The notes under the pieces: generated by a model
Database searches by the model: none
Seen by the model: only the letters and a program-made list of their open reading frames with translations
What the model was told of the DNA's origin: nothing
DNA from: Candidatus Omnitrophota bacterium
Lineage (GTDB): Bacteria > Omnitrophota > Gorgyraeia > DTHP01
Reading direction: 5' to 3'
Length of the DNA: 35,736 nt
Assembly (NCBI GenBank): GCA_037442605.1
Contig: JBBIPY010000003.1
Location: 1-35,736, forward strand
Made by a program: the position numbers and the translations under genes
In this document: positions 1 through 9,393 of the stretch, piece after piece
Layout of the letters: each line of letters begins with the position of its first letter
How positions within the stretch are numbered: the stretch's first letter is position 1

Positions 1-1
1 C

Positions 2-550
2 ATGGGGACGCTTACTATCGGCTATTGGAAGACCAATCCCCATTATGACCATTTGGCGCAGATTTTAGCCGAGAACACAATTACCATCGGCGGAGTGCAT
101 ATAGAAATACCGGAACAGGCATATGAGATATTCTGGGGTGCTAATTCTAAAGACCCCTATAGCATGCTGGCAGCGCAGTTGTTGGCCGCCAAATTGAATA
201 TCGCTAACGGTGCCGCGCCTCCCTCGGGCAGTCTTATTGAGGATGCGGATGCTGCTTTGATGGACCCATCTGCGGATAGAGCATATCTATTGTCTTTGAA
301 AGACGCCCTGGATGGATATAACAATTCCGGGCATTCGGGAGAGGGAAGTTCTACCGTTACCTCGAACGGAACCGGTTCAACCGGCAATAAACCCGGTGGG
401 TCTCCTGGACAGGAGAAGAAAGGTGATGACTGGACTCCGCCCGGACAAGGCGGAACACCGCCTGGACAGGAAAAGAAAGACGATGACTGGACCCCACCCG
501 GTCAGGAAGAGGACGAAAAGGATAAGCCGGGCAAGGGACCGAAGAAGTGA
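2..550 (+). CDS. Probable 3' part of a secreted/surface protein (5' end likely outside window) with a Lys/Asp/Pro-rich repeated tail
   Basis: The frame is open to the window edge. There is no signal peptide after the ATG at 2. The C-terminus carries GQEKKGDDWTPPGQ...GQEKKDDDWTPPGQ repeats. Confidence 0.45.
   Translation: MGTLTIGYWKTNPHYDHLAQILAENTITIGGVHIEIPEQAYEIFWGANSKDPYSMLAAQLLAAKLNIANGAAPPSGSLIEDADAALMDPSADRAYLLSLKDALDGYNNSGHSGEGSSTVTSNGTGSTGNKPGGSPGQEKKGDDWTPPGQGGTPPGQEKKDDDWTPPGQEEDEKDKPGKGPKK
404..507 (+). repeat. Two ~47-nt near-identical coding repeats (404-450 and 461-507)
   Basis: cctggacaggAgaagaaagGTgatgactggacTccGcccgg vs cctggacaggAaaagaaagACgatgactggacCccAcccgg, compared by eye. 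Confidence 0.8.
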
Positions 551-665
551 ATTCGTAATTGGTAAGTGAAGCGTAAAGCTCAAAGCGAAAAGCGAAAAAT
601 GTAATCAACTTGATAACTACAGGCGCCGCTTCTTCAGTAACACTGTAACAAAAAAAAGGTCTGGA

Positions 666-3392
666 ATGAAGAGATTTTTTAGTGGTTTTTTAGCCGTAAC
701 CGTTATCCTATCATCGGTTATTTTTCTTGCGCTGAACTCAGTCTTCGCTGCCACTGTTACGCTCAACCCCAATGCTGTGGGAAATTTTGACCAGTGGACG
801 CTGGGTGCAGGGGCAGATAAATTGGCTGCAGTTTCCTCAGATGACGGAGATAGTAGCTATATTAAATCCTCAACCCAAGGGCAAAGGCAAACATATGCTT
901 TTCCGGGTGCGGGTGTTCCGACAGGGTCAACCATAAATTCGGTAACCTTGACTGTTAGGGCGAGGAGAGCGCAAAGCGCAGGGGCTAATATTAATTTGAT
1001 AGTCAATAAGGGAGTAGTTGCGTCTGATGAATCAGTTGGGGATAATATTAACCCTAACGACACCTATCAGACTATATCAAGAGTTTTGACTATAAGTCCT
1101 TTTACAACCTCACCTTGGACTGTATCTGAAGTCAATAACTGGAAAACGGAAGGTAACTCTATATATTTTGGAGTGCGGCATAATCAATCTCAGTCCGGAA
1201 GAGAAGGCAGGGTTACCCGGATTTATATAGTAGTTGATTATACCCCTCCCGCTGCCGACACCGCTCCACCCACAAACCCCACAGTAACCAGCCCCAGCCA
1301 TACTGTAAGCACCTGGTCAAATGACAATACTGTGGATGTGCGGTGGTCTGGCGCTACTGATAATGTAGCAGTTGCAGGGTATTCAATACTCTGGGATACT
1401 AATCCTGCGACGGTTCCTGATACTACTATTGATGTAGTGCATTCTACTGACCCGCATAGCGCAACCAGCCCAGCCCTGGCAAGCGGGAATAGCCACTATT
1501 TCCATTTAAGAACTGGGGATACCGCGGGGAACTGGACGAGTACAGTGCATTTAGGACCTTTCTTTATTGATACCACGGAGCCGGATACCTCGATTACCTC
1601 AGGTCCTGCGGAGGGAAGTTTTTCTAATAGCAACTCCGCTACCTTTGAATTCAGTGGTACAGATGCTCATTCGGGAGTAGCAGGTTTTGAATGTAAGATT
1701 AACGGGGGAAGCTTTGACATCTGCACAAGCCCAAAAGAATACACTGGACTACGCGATGGTTTGCATACTTTTCAAGTTAGGGCAGTGGATAATGCAAATA
1801 ATAAAGATTCCTCTCCTGCCATTCGCACCTGGACCGTAGACACCACTCCTCCGAGCGCAAGTATTGATGCCATTGTGAAGGAGGGGACTTCCTACCCTGC
1901 CTGTGTGGATATAGGAGGAACATGTTTCATCCGCCAGAAAGTGCAGATTCAGGGGACGGTGAGCGATGTTAATTTGGATCCTAGTAGTATTTCCATTAAG
2001 GTAACGACTAACGATGGAGGTATTACAGATACGGATTTGGTAATTACTGCTTATAATGCAGGAACTTCGGTAACACCCTGTGATACAAACTCATGCGACG
2101 TTACGGCTGATTTCGACACCATCAATGATACTAATGACGGGCCCAATCAGATTACATTAAGTGCAGATGACTTAGCTACAAATGAGGGTTCAGACGATAA
2201 AATGGTGATGGTGGATAATAACTCACCGGTAATTGGCAGCCTCACGCTTGATAAAAGCGAATACCTTGTGCCTGAGCCAATTATAGTTACTGCCTCGGGT
2301 GTTCAAGATGATCTGCCCGGCGATGCCTTAGATGATATTAATGGCGTCTCTCCCGCGCCTTCAGGAATTGAAGGAGTGGGAGCGAAGGTGAAGACAACTG
2401 CCGGAATCCAGCCTGAAGAAGGAAACGGAAATTTCCTTGATGACTTCTGGAAGTTATTGGCTACTCTTATTTCGGGAAAGTTTGAAAGTGGTGATGCGGA
2501 TACTACTCCGTTCTCAGCAGATGCAGCCGGTCCGATTACTGCCACGGCAAAGGCAATTGATAATGTCGGTAATCAAAGCGAAAGCGTAACTACAGTTGCC
2601 GTCGGCCTTGACCCGACAAACCTCATCTGTGAAAGCGATTCCTGCGTTTCGGGTAGGACCGCAACCCTTTTCTTAGGAACTTTGGTGAATACGACCCCTG
2701 AGCTGGATGAGCCGGTAGAGGGTGAAGAGGTGAAGGTAGAGATTTATGATAGCGCAGATGCTCTGGTATTCAGTGATATGGTAACTACCGATAGCGAAGG
2801 CAAAATATATGTCACCAATACCTTTAACCTATCACACGGAGGTTATAGGTTAGTTTTGACCTATGAAGGTTCGGAAACCTCTTATCTTGGCGCATCATCC
2901 TGCGATATTAACCCCGGACTTCTCATATACAGCCTTGCCAATGGCGGGGGCTACATTGCACTGGGGAATAATCCCAAAACAGGTAAGCCTTTTAAGGGAA
3001 CCTTCGGTTTCTTCTTGGAGGTTACGGGCGGATTTGCGGATAATGAGGATGACGGGTTCTTGAATGACCCTGCTGAACCGGTTAATGTTGGCGGATTTAA
3101 CTATGTTGACCACGAGATAAAGGAACATATCCAGTCCCTGACTGTTGACTCTGTGGTTATTGGGGAGAATTTTGTAGAGTTTAGCGGTGTTGGTCGCGCC
3201 AAGAGACCGCGAGTTTCCTGGTTAAGTATGGCTTATGAGGTAAAAGTCGTGGATAACGGTGAGCCAGGTAATTTGAAAGCAATCACTTCTTCGGGAGCGG
3301 AACGGGAACCGGATACTCTTGAGTTATGGGTAGGTGGAGGCTTAAGCATTGGACCTGAACCGTTGCAAGGCGGAAACATTGAGGTACGTTAA
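666..3392 (+). CDS. Large secreted multi-domain surface protein (beta-sandwich/Ig-like modules)
   Basis: N-terminal signal peptide MKRFFSGFLAVTVILSSVIFLALNSVFA|ATV. Successive modules are separated by DTAPPTNP / DTTEPDTSI / DTTPPSASI linkers. The ATG follows an A-rich leader containing aaaggtctgg. Confidence 0.7.
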   Translation: MKRFFSGFLAVTVILSSVIFLALNSVFAATVTLNPNAVGNFDQWTLGAGADKLAAVSSDDGDSSYIKSSTQGQRQTYAFPGAGVPTGSTINSVTLTVRARRAQSAGANINLIVNKGVVASDESVGDNINPNDTYQTISRVLTISPFTTSPWTVSEVNNWKTEGNSIYFGVRHNQSQSGREGRVTRIYIVVDYTPPAADTAPPTNPTVTSPSHTVSTWSNDNTVDVRWSGATDNVAVAGYSILWDTNPATVPDTTIDVVHSTDPHSATSPALASGNSHYFHLRTGDTAGNWTSTVHLGPFFIDTTEPDTSITSGPAEGSFSNSNSATFEFSGTDAHSGVAGFECKINGGSFDICTSPKEYTGLRDGLHTFQVRAVDNANNKDSSPAIRTWTVDTTPPSASIDAIVKEGTSYPACVDIGGTCFIRQKVQIQGTVSDVNLDPSSISIKVTTNDGGITDTDLVITAYNAGTSVTPCDTNSCDVTADFDTINDTNDGPNQITLSADDLATNEGSDDKMVMVDNNSPVIGSLTLDKSEYLVPEPIIVTASGVQDDLPGDALDDINGVSPAPSGIEGVGAKVKTTAGIQPEEGNGNFLDDFWKLLATLISGKFESGDADTTPFSADAAGPITATAKAIDNVGNQSESVTTVAVGLDPTNLICESDSCVSGRTATLFLGTLVNTTPELDEPVEGEEVKVEIYDSADALVFSDMVTTDSEGKIYVTNTFNLSHGGYRLVLTYEGSETSYLGASSCDINPGLLIYSLANGGGYIALGNNPKTGKPFKGTFGFFLEVTGGFADNEDDGFLNDPAEPVNVGGFNYVDHEIKEHIQSLTVDSVVIGENFVEFSGVGRAKRPRVSWLSMAYEVKVVDNGEPGNLKAITSSGAEREPDTLELWVGGGLSIGPEPLQGGNIEVR

Positions 3393-3461
3393 TACAGAAC
3401 ACGAATTATCATAAATTGGAAACCCGTAACCCCGTGCTACTGAACTGATGGAGAACTGAAG

Positions 3462-4766
3462 ATGGAGTATGAACTAAACGAAAATATCCGGAATCTCCCG
3501 GGCAACATCAAAAGCCAGCAGAAGGAGGCTATTGAGAAATATCTCTTTGAGATGTCAGCGGCTTACTATGTTGCCAGAGAAGCCACTACCTGCGTAGATT
3601 TAGATGAATGTCTGGATATACTGGTAAATAGAATCGCCGACCTGATGTCTGTAGAGATTGTGTCAATCATACTCAAAGAGGATGAAACCGGTATTTTAAG
3701 GATAAAATCCGCCCGGGGAATCGGTGAGGAGATAATTAAACATACCGCCGTAAAAGAGGAAGATGAACCCCAAAGCGTTAGCGGCTGGGTGGTAAGGACA
3801 GGTAAGTCACTTTTAATAGAAGACCTTGCCAGAGACGGGCGTTTCTTGCTTAGAGAAGGAAGGTATTTTAATAACTCCCTTTTGAGCGTTCCCCTGAAGG
3901 AAAGAAGCGGGGTCATCGGGGTAATTAATGTGAATAATAAATCCTCCAGGGAGGTCTTTACTACAGACGATTTGAGTCTATTGACGAAATTAGCGGATTT
4001 TGCCGCTGCGGCTATTGAAACCGTCCGTCAGCAGCGCAGGGATAAGGCCTTAGACAAGATTAGAAAGGAGCTGGTTTCTCATATCTCCCACGAATTCAGG
4101 GTGCCCATTACGGTAATTGACGAGGTCATAGAGATGTTACTGGATGAGATATCCGCTTCGACAAACGAGCGACAAAAGAGACTTCTCGTATTGGCAAAGC
4201 AGAGCACAGAACGCCTGAGGAGGATGATTGATGATTGGCTGGCTTATGTGAAGAACGGTTCCCAGGAAATAGAAGCCAAAGAGAAGTTTTTCAACCTTAT
4301 CTCCACCGCCAAACATGTGATCTACTCCATGGATATCCTGGCGCGCAACAAGGGGGTGGTGATCAGGGGGATGTTCCCTTACGATTCCGAACTGAAGATA
4401 TGGGGCAATGAGGACGAACTGACCCAGGTCCTGGTCAATCTCCTGCACAATGCCGTAAAATACAATAAAGACAACGGCAGAGTGGAGGTGCGCTTTGAGG
4501 CCATCGGCAATATAACCAAGATATACATTTCCGATACGGGGATAGGCATTCCTGAGGAATCGCTGGATAAAATTTTCAATAAATATAATCGGGAAGGAGC
4601 AGCGATAGAAAATAATTTTGAAAGTTACGGCTTAGGACTTTATATCTCCAGAGAAATTGTGCGCAGGCATGGCGGAGAAATATCGGCAACCTCGCAACTC
4701 GGGGAAGGAAGCACTTTTGTGGTAACCCTTCCCAATCCTCAGCCCTCGGCGTATAAAATGCGATAG
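3462..4766 (+). CDS. Cytoplasmic GAF-domain sensor histidine kinase
   Basis: No TM segments. GAF-like region (VSGWVVRTGKSLLIEDLARD...GVINVNNK). H-box SHISHEFRVPIT, N-box LLHNAVKYN, G-boxes DTGIGI and GLGLYISREIV. Confidence 0.85.
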   Translation: MEYELNENIRNLPGNIKSQQKEAIEKYLFEMSAAYYVAREATTCVDLDECLDILVNRIADLMSVEIVSIILKEDETGILRIKSARGIGEEIIKHTAVKEEDEPQSVSGWVVRTGKSLLIEDLARDGRFLLREGRYFNNSLLSVPLKERSGVIGVINVNNKSSREVFTTDDLSLLTKLADFAAAAIETVRQQRRDKALDKIRKELVSHISHEFRVPITVIDEVIEMLLDEISASTNERQKRLLVLAKQSTERLRRMIDDWLAYVKNGSQEIEAKEKFFNLISTAKHVIYSMDILARNKGVVIRGMFPYDSELKIWGNEDELTQVLVNLLHNAVKYNKDNGRVEVRFEAIGNITKIYISDTGIGIPEESLDKIFNKYNREGAAIENNFESYGLGLYISREIVRRHGGEISATSQLGEGSTFVVTLPNPQPSAYKMR

Positions 4767-4815
4767 TGGGTGAGGAGTTCGGAAAGAACCTTATAAGTTG
4801 AGATACATAATTTTG

Positions 4816-4865
4816 CCCTCACCCCGACCCTCTCCTCTATAGGAGAGGGTTTAGGGTTAGAGGGG
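4816..4865. repeat. REP-like C-rich/G-rich hairpin element, copy A
   Basis: ccctcaccccgaCCCTCTCCtctataGGAGAGGGtttagggttagagggg. Intergenic between the kinase and its response regulator. Confidence 0.75.
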
Positions 4866-4884
4866 ATAAAGGCGTGAAAAAATA

Positions 4885-5289
4885 ATGCCCCAACTACCCA
4901 AGAGGAAAATCCTGGTGGTTGATGACGAGCCTGAGGTGACAAAGGCAGTTAAGACGGGTCTGGAATCCTACGGATATGAGGTAAGCATTGCCTATGATGG
5001 CAGAGAGGGTCTGGACAAAATCCATCGCGACAGTCCCGATCTTGTTATACTAGATTTGATGTTACCCGAGATAAGCGGTTATAAGGTATGCCGTCTGCTT
5101 AAATACGACAAGAGATATAGCCGGATTCCGGTTATCATGTTCAGCGCCCGTGCAGATAGAACTGGACAGCAACTGGCTAAAGAAGTGGGGGCGGATGTCT
5201 GGATTACCAAGCCGTTTAATGTCAGCACGATGGCGCAGACGATAGAGAATTTACTCGCGGGGAAAATAGAGCGGGAATCTAAAAAATAA
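4885..5289 (+). CDS. Stand-alone receiver (CheY-like) response regulator
   Basis: 134 aa containing only a REC domain: VVDDEP, DLVILDLMLP, TKPF. No output domain. Confidence 0.85.
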   Translation: MPQLPKRKILVVDDEPEVTKAVKTGLESYGYEVSIAYDGREGLDKIHRDSPDLVILDLMLPEISGYKVCRLLKYDKRYSRIPVIMFSARADRTGQQLAKEVGADVWITKPFNVSTMAQTIENLLAGKIERESKK

Positions 5290-5504
5290 TCAGTGTAAGA
5301 TAGTTAAATTTCTCCTTTTGTCTTCAAACCCCAAATCCCAAACAAATCCACCTTGTGCCGAGGAGTCCCATCAATGTAGGGCATTCGGTGCGAGACAAAA
5401 CCCCAATTTTCCCAAGATTAATCTGTATAATCTAAATTTAATCTTTGCAATCAAATTCTATCTGCTTTGATACAAACTTCGGGGAAAGGAACTCTGTTTT
5501 TTAA

Positions 5505-5533
5505 TTGACTTGGTTAGAAGAAAAGAGTATCAT
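5505..5533 (+). promoter_or_regulatory. Candidate sigma70 promoter upstream of the second kinase operon
   Basis: TTGACT (5505-5510), 17-nt spacer, TATCAT (5528-5533). Confidence 0.3.
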
Positions 5534-5552
5534 TCTTTCCAGCAGAAAGCAT

Positions 5553-5660
5553 CCCTAATCCCTCACCCCCCCCGCCTTTGGCCAGCTTTCGCCGAGCAAG
5601 GCGAGGCTCGCCTTTAGCGGCCTGTCCTCTCCTCCAAGGAGAGAAGATTTAGGGTAAGGG
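5553..5660. repeat. REP-like hairpin element, copy C (expanded by an internal insert)
   Basis: ccctaatccctcacccccc...ctgtCCTCTCCtccaaGGAGAGaagatttagggtaaggg. It has the same arms as the other copies plus a ~45-nt GC-rich insert. Confidence 0.6.
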
Positions 5661-5697
5661 TCAAAAGAGCTAACTTGGACAGTAATGGCAAAGGGCA

Positions 5698-7035
5698 ATG
5701 ATGACAAGAGAAAAACTACTGAAGGTTAAAGAATTCAGCGAGTTATTAATCTGGCTCCTAATATTTACCGCCGTTATATTACTCAATCTATCACCTCATC
5801 TTATAAGAATAGAACGGATTCATTTTATAGCGATTTTTTCTTCTCTGCTTCTTATTTTCGTTTTTGACCGCCTTATTTCAAGACGCATTGTCCGCTGGAA
5901 AAGAAATATCATCAGGGCGTTTGTCTATCTGGCGTGCATATTAATCATTTATTATATTCTCAGGTTTCCCAAATATAGCGTCTGGTTTTTTTATTTCTCT
6001 CCGCTGTTTCTTGCCTTTTCTCTATCACTTACATTTATTACCCAGCCCCGGGTGTTTACTGTTTTGTTAGTTGCGGTTTCGGTATTTCTACTGGGTGATT
6101 TATACTGGGAGTCGCATGTATCTTACGACACCGCACGGGTTGTGATGCCAATTGTTTTGGCAAAAGTACTTGCCCTATCGCTTTTATCGGTGTTCGGCTA
6201 TTATCTATACCGCAATCAGATAGCAGCCACAAAACAGGCAGAAATTTACAGCCAGAACCTTAAGATATTAAACCAGCAACTCAGCGCAAAGACAGATGAA
6301 CTGGAAAAGACAAATAAGCGCCTTAAAGAACTCTCAGAGGCAAAATCGGTGTTTGTGGCTACCGTATCGCACGAATTAAGGACCCCGCTTACGGCGATCC
6401 TTAATTCGTTAAAGTTAATTGAATATGAAACCAGAGATAGTAAGGCGGTCAATGAGTATATGGACATTATAAAGAAAAATATAGAACGCCAGGCAATTAT
6501 GATTGATAACCTGCTGGATACGGCGCGCATCGAGCGCGGCTCTCTTCAGGGCAGTCGCACTAAGTTCGAATTGAATTACCTTCTGCAAGAGGTCGTGGAT
6601 GCTTTGAGTAATCAGGCCTCAGAGAAGAACATAGGTATAAGTCTTCATCCTATGAAAGAAGATTCTTCTCTCTGGGGTGAACATGAGCAATTGAGGCGTG
6701 TGTTTATTAATTTAGTTGACAATGCCATAAAATTTACCCCTGCCTCGGGAAAGATTGAAATTTCCCTTGCTCCCGAAGAGTCAAATATAAAGGTAGCGGT
6801 TGCCGACAACGGTTGCGGGATACCGAAAGAAGAGCAGGAAAGAATCTTTGAAGCCTTTGTCCAGGTAAGCCAGCAGGAACCCCAGGGCTCTAAGAAAGGT
6901 ATAGGGTTAGGCCTGACTATTGTCAGGGAGATTGTCCACAGGCACAGGGGAAAGGTGCGGGTTGAATCCGAGGTAAATAAAGGAAGCAGGTTTTATGTTT
7001 TATTACCAGTTGATTTAAGGAAAAGCAACAGATAA
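5698..7035 (+). CDS. Membrane-bound sensor histidine kinase
   Basis: About 5 hydrophobic segments in the first 180 aa, then a coiled coil. H-box SHELRTPLTAI, N-box LVDNAIKFT, G-boxes DNGCGI and GIGLGLTIV. Confidence 0.85.
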   Translation: MMTREKLLKVKEFSELLIWLLIFTAVILLNLSPHLIRIERIHFIAIFSSLLLIFVFDRLISRRIVRWKRNIIRAFVYLACILIIYYILRFPKYSVWFFYFSPLFLAFSLSLTFITQPRVFTVLLVAVSVFLLGDLYWESHVSYDTARVVMPIVLAKVLALSLLSVFGYYLYRNQIAATKQAEIYSQNLKILNQQLSAKTDELEKTNKRLKELSEAKSVFVATVSHELRTPLTAILNSLKLIEYETRDSKAVNEYMDIIKKNIERQAIMIDNLLDTARIERGSLQGSRTKFELNYLLQEVVDALSNQASEKNIGISLHPMKEDSSLWGEHEQLRRVFINLVDNAIKFTPASGKIEISLAPEESNIKVAVADNGCGIPKEEQERIFEAFVQVSQQEPQGSKKGIGLGLTIVREIVHRHRGKVRVESEVNKGSRFYVLLPVDLRKSNR

Positions 7036-7406
7036 TGGGAAAGAAGATTTTTCTTATAGAGGATGAAGAGGATATCGTAAAGACATTAGAGATTATTCTT
7101 ACCAGAGAGGGCTTTAGCGTTGTCTCTGCGCGTGATGGACTAGAGGCCTTAAATAGACTGGATAAAGAAACCTTTGATTTGATAATTCTGGACCTAATGT
7201 TGCCTAAATGGGATGGCTTTAAACTCTGTAAGACAATAAAGCAGCACAAAATTTATAAAGATATCCCGGTAATTGTTTTGACCGCTATGGCCCAGGAAGA
7301 AGACCGCGAAAGGTGTCTCTCTTATAGAGTGGAAGAATATATGAAGAAACCCTTTGAGGCGGATGTATTGATTGCCAAGATAAGGAGACTGATTAAGAAT
7401 AATTAG
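7035..7406 (+). CDS. Stand-alone receiver (CheY-like) response regulator
   Basis: 123 aa, REC only (IEDEED, DLIILDLMLP, KKPF). The start overlaps the kinase stop (TAATG). Confidence 0.85.
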   Translation: MGKKIFLIEDEEDIVKTLEIILTREGFSVVSARDGLEALNRLDKETFDLIILDLMLPKWDGFKLCKTIKQHKIYKDIPVIVLTAMAQEEDRERCLSYRVEEYMKKPFEADVLIAKIRRLIKNN

Positions 7407-7427
7407 TCACTACTGAAAAATAGATTT

Positions 7428-7479
7428 CCCCCTCACCCTTACCCTCTCCCCGGAGGGGAGAGGGTTTAGCCAAGGAGGG
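7428..7479. repeat. REP-like hairpin element, copy B
   Basis: ccccctcacccttaCCCTCTCCccggaggGGAGAGGGtttagcc. It lies between convergent genes (RR and secretin) and probably also acts as a bidirectional terminator. Confidence 0.75.
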
Positions 7480-7537
7480 CTGCCTGTAGTTTGTAATCTC
7501 TCTAATCTTCGCTTCTCAATCTGCGTAATCTTTGTTA

Positions 7538-9199
7538 CTAGTCCTGAAACAGCCTGCGCCAGCGTTCAATAAGACCCTTCCCCTGTTTTTTCTTCAGGAC
7601 TACCTCCTCTTTCTTCAGGGCTTCAGCGGAATCTATGTTAGCGGCTGCTTTTTGTTCTGCCTCGTTCATAATAGCCGATTCGATAATGTAGGCGCGGAGG
7701 AAGATAACGAGGTCGATTTTTTCAGTGTCCACGGTTTTTCTCTGGAATAAAAGTCCTATGAGGGGAATGCTGCTTAAGAGAGGAATACCGATTTTCCCCT
7801 CCTTTAAGACATCTTTAAGCAATCCTCCGATAACTATGACTTCACCGCTTTTCATCAGGATTTGCGTCTCGGCCTCGCGGGTGGTAATGACGGGATATTT
7901 GGCAAGGGTTATATTTCCGCTTCCCTCAACCGTTAGATATTCCGCAATTGAGGTTACCGCCGGGTGAATAATCATATTAATGTGGTTGTCAGCGCTGATC
8001 TGAGGGACTACGTTCAGCTGTATGCCGATATCTTGATAATAATCTAAAGTGGAAGTAGTGGTTGTTGTATCGGTCCCGGCAACGTTGGTTCTTAATATAG
8101 GGTATTTTGTTCCCACCAGAATGGTGGCTTCCTGATTGTCGATGGTCATAATGCGGGGAGAAGAGAGGGTATTTGCCTGCACATCTTCCATTAAGGCATG
8201 TAATATTACCTCGAACTGCGCGCCGGTAAGTTTTCTGTAGGCGAGTTGTAACCCGGTATCGAATGGTATGACTCCGGAGATGCCCGAGGTCTTGGGGTCA
8301 AACACAGAAGGTTTATTCTGCGACCCCAGGCTGTGTCCGGCAACGCTGCCGGTCTCTTTGCCTCCCTGTTCTTTACGGGTAACTCCTATATGGGTTAGAG
8401 TAGAGGATTCTGCGCCGGTGGTTCCGGTTCCCCAGTCCAGCCCATAATCCTTGAGTTTATCGCGATTTACTTCGATTATCTTGGCTTCAATGAGGACCTG
8501 ACGGGGCATTATATCAATACCCTTAATGATATCCCTTACTCTCTCGATAACCGGAGGGATGTCGGAGACAATCAGTATTTTCGATTTTCCCTCGGTTGTG
8601 GTAGTTGCTGTCGTGGTAAGGCGCTCCCGTTTTGCCAGCCCGCTCTCTCCGCCAAAAGCCCAGCCGCGCTGGCCCCTGACCTGCACCACGGAAATCTTAC
8701 CCCGGGGAGAAAGCTGGGGGGTGATTGCCGTCTTTGCGTCATTGGCATCCAAGCTCTTTAAGTTAAATATTTCCGTAATGATGGGCTGGATATCGGAAAG
8801 CTCCGACTCGGCCTTACTGCGGCTCGCCAGTTTCTCAAGGCTGGTTACGGTGATGATGTTGCCTTCCCGCTCGTAGCCGTAGTTGTTTATTTTAAGTATT
8901 GATTTTAATGCTTTTTCCCAAGGGACATCCACGAGTCGCACATTTACCGTTCCAGTTACTTCTTTTCCGGCTATTATGTTTACCCCGCCTTTATAGGCAA
9001 GAAGTTCAAGAACTGCCCGCAAATCGGCGTCCTTGAAATTCATAGTGAGATTTCCTGTTTTGGTTTCGGATATTTCTCCTACTACCTGCTGAGAAGAGGT
9101 ATCGTTTTCTGCCGAATTTAGAATCCGTTGTTGAATTAGTATAAGAGAAAATACCATTACCGTGCTCAAAAACATCTTTGCCCCTCTACTTTTTAACAT
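7538..9199 (-). CDS. pilQ: Type IV pilus / T2SS outer-membrane secretin (PilQ/GspD family)
   Basis: N0-like domain NLTMNFKDADLRAVLELLA...VPWEKAL. C-terminal secretin motif GIPLLSSIPLIGLLFQRK. I place the start at ATG 9199 (MLKSRGAKMFLSTVMVFSLIL), which follows GGAGGTG. The ORF-track start at 9304 looks like an upstream extension. Confidence 0.85.
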   Translation of the reverse strand: MLKSRGAKMFLSTVMVFSLILIQQRILNSAENDTSSQQVVGEISETKTGNLTMNFKDADLRAVLELLAYKGGVNIIAGKEVTGTVNVRLVDVPWEKALKSILKINNYGYEREGNIITVTSLEKLASRSKAESELSDIQPIITEIFNLKSLDANDAKTAITPQLSPRGKISVVQVRGQRGWAFGGESGLAKRERLTTTATTTTEGKSKILIVSDIPPVIERVRDIIKGIDIMPRQVLIEAKIIEVNRDKLKDYGLDWGTGTTGAESSTLTHIGVTRKEQGGKETGSVAGHSLGSQNKPSVFDPKTSGISGVIPFDTGLQLAYRKLTGAQFEVILHALMEDVQANTLSSPRIMTIDNQEATILVGTKYPILRTNVAGTDTTTTTSTLDYYQDIGIQLNVVPQISADNHINMIIHPAVTSIAEYLTVEGSGNITLAKYPVITTREAETQILMKSGEVIVIGGLLKDVLKEGKIGIPLLSSIPLIGLLFQRKTVDTEKIDLVIFLRAYIIESAIMNEAEQKAAANIDSAEALKKEEVVLKKKQGKGLIERWRRLFQD

Positions 9200-9339
9200 C
9201 TCTACACCTCCCTTAATGATCCCCCGCCGTTTTGCTTTTGGCAGCAAGACGAAGCAGCGGGGAATAGTTAAACCCCCATAGATTTGCTTCGCAAAACGAA
9301 GCATTGGCGGGCAGATTTATCCCTCTTTCATTTGTGAAA

Positions 9340-9384
9340 CCTTCTCCCCTCACCCCTTCCTCTCCCCGCTGAGGTGGAAGAGAA
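9340..9384. repeat. REP-like hairpin element, copy D
   Basis: ccttctcccctcaccccttCCTCTCCccgctgaGGtGGAAGAGaa, inside the 194-nt gap upstream of the secretin gene. Confidence 0.6.
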
Positions 9385-9393
9385 TCTGCATCT

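Noticed and set aside
157-608. Several 68-85-aa ORFs overlapping the first gene in other frames or strands
   Set aside because: They overlap the repeat-encoding tail of the edge ORF. They are Arg/Pro/Ser-rich translations of the repeats and have no RBS.
7532-7967. Plus-strand ORFs 7532-7750 and 7725-7967
   Set aside because: These are antisense shadows of the 3' end of the secretin gene.
9200-9304. 35-codon N-terminal extension of the secretin ORF
   Set aside because: The extension lacks a signal sequence. The internal ATG 9199 is preceded by GGAGGTG and is followed by a signal-like hydrophobic segment.
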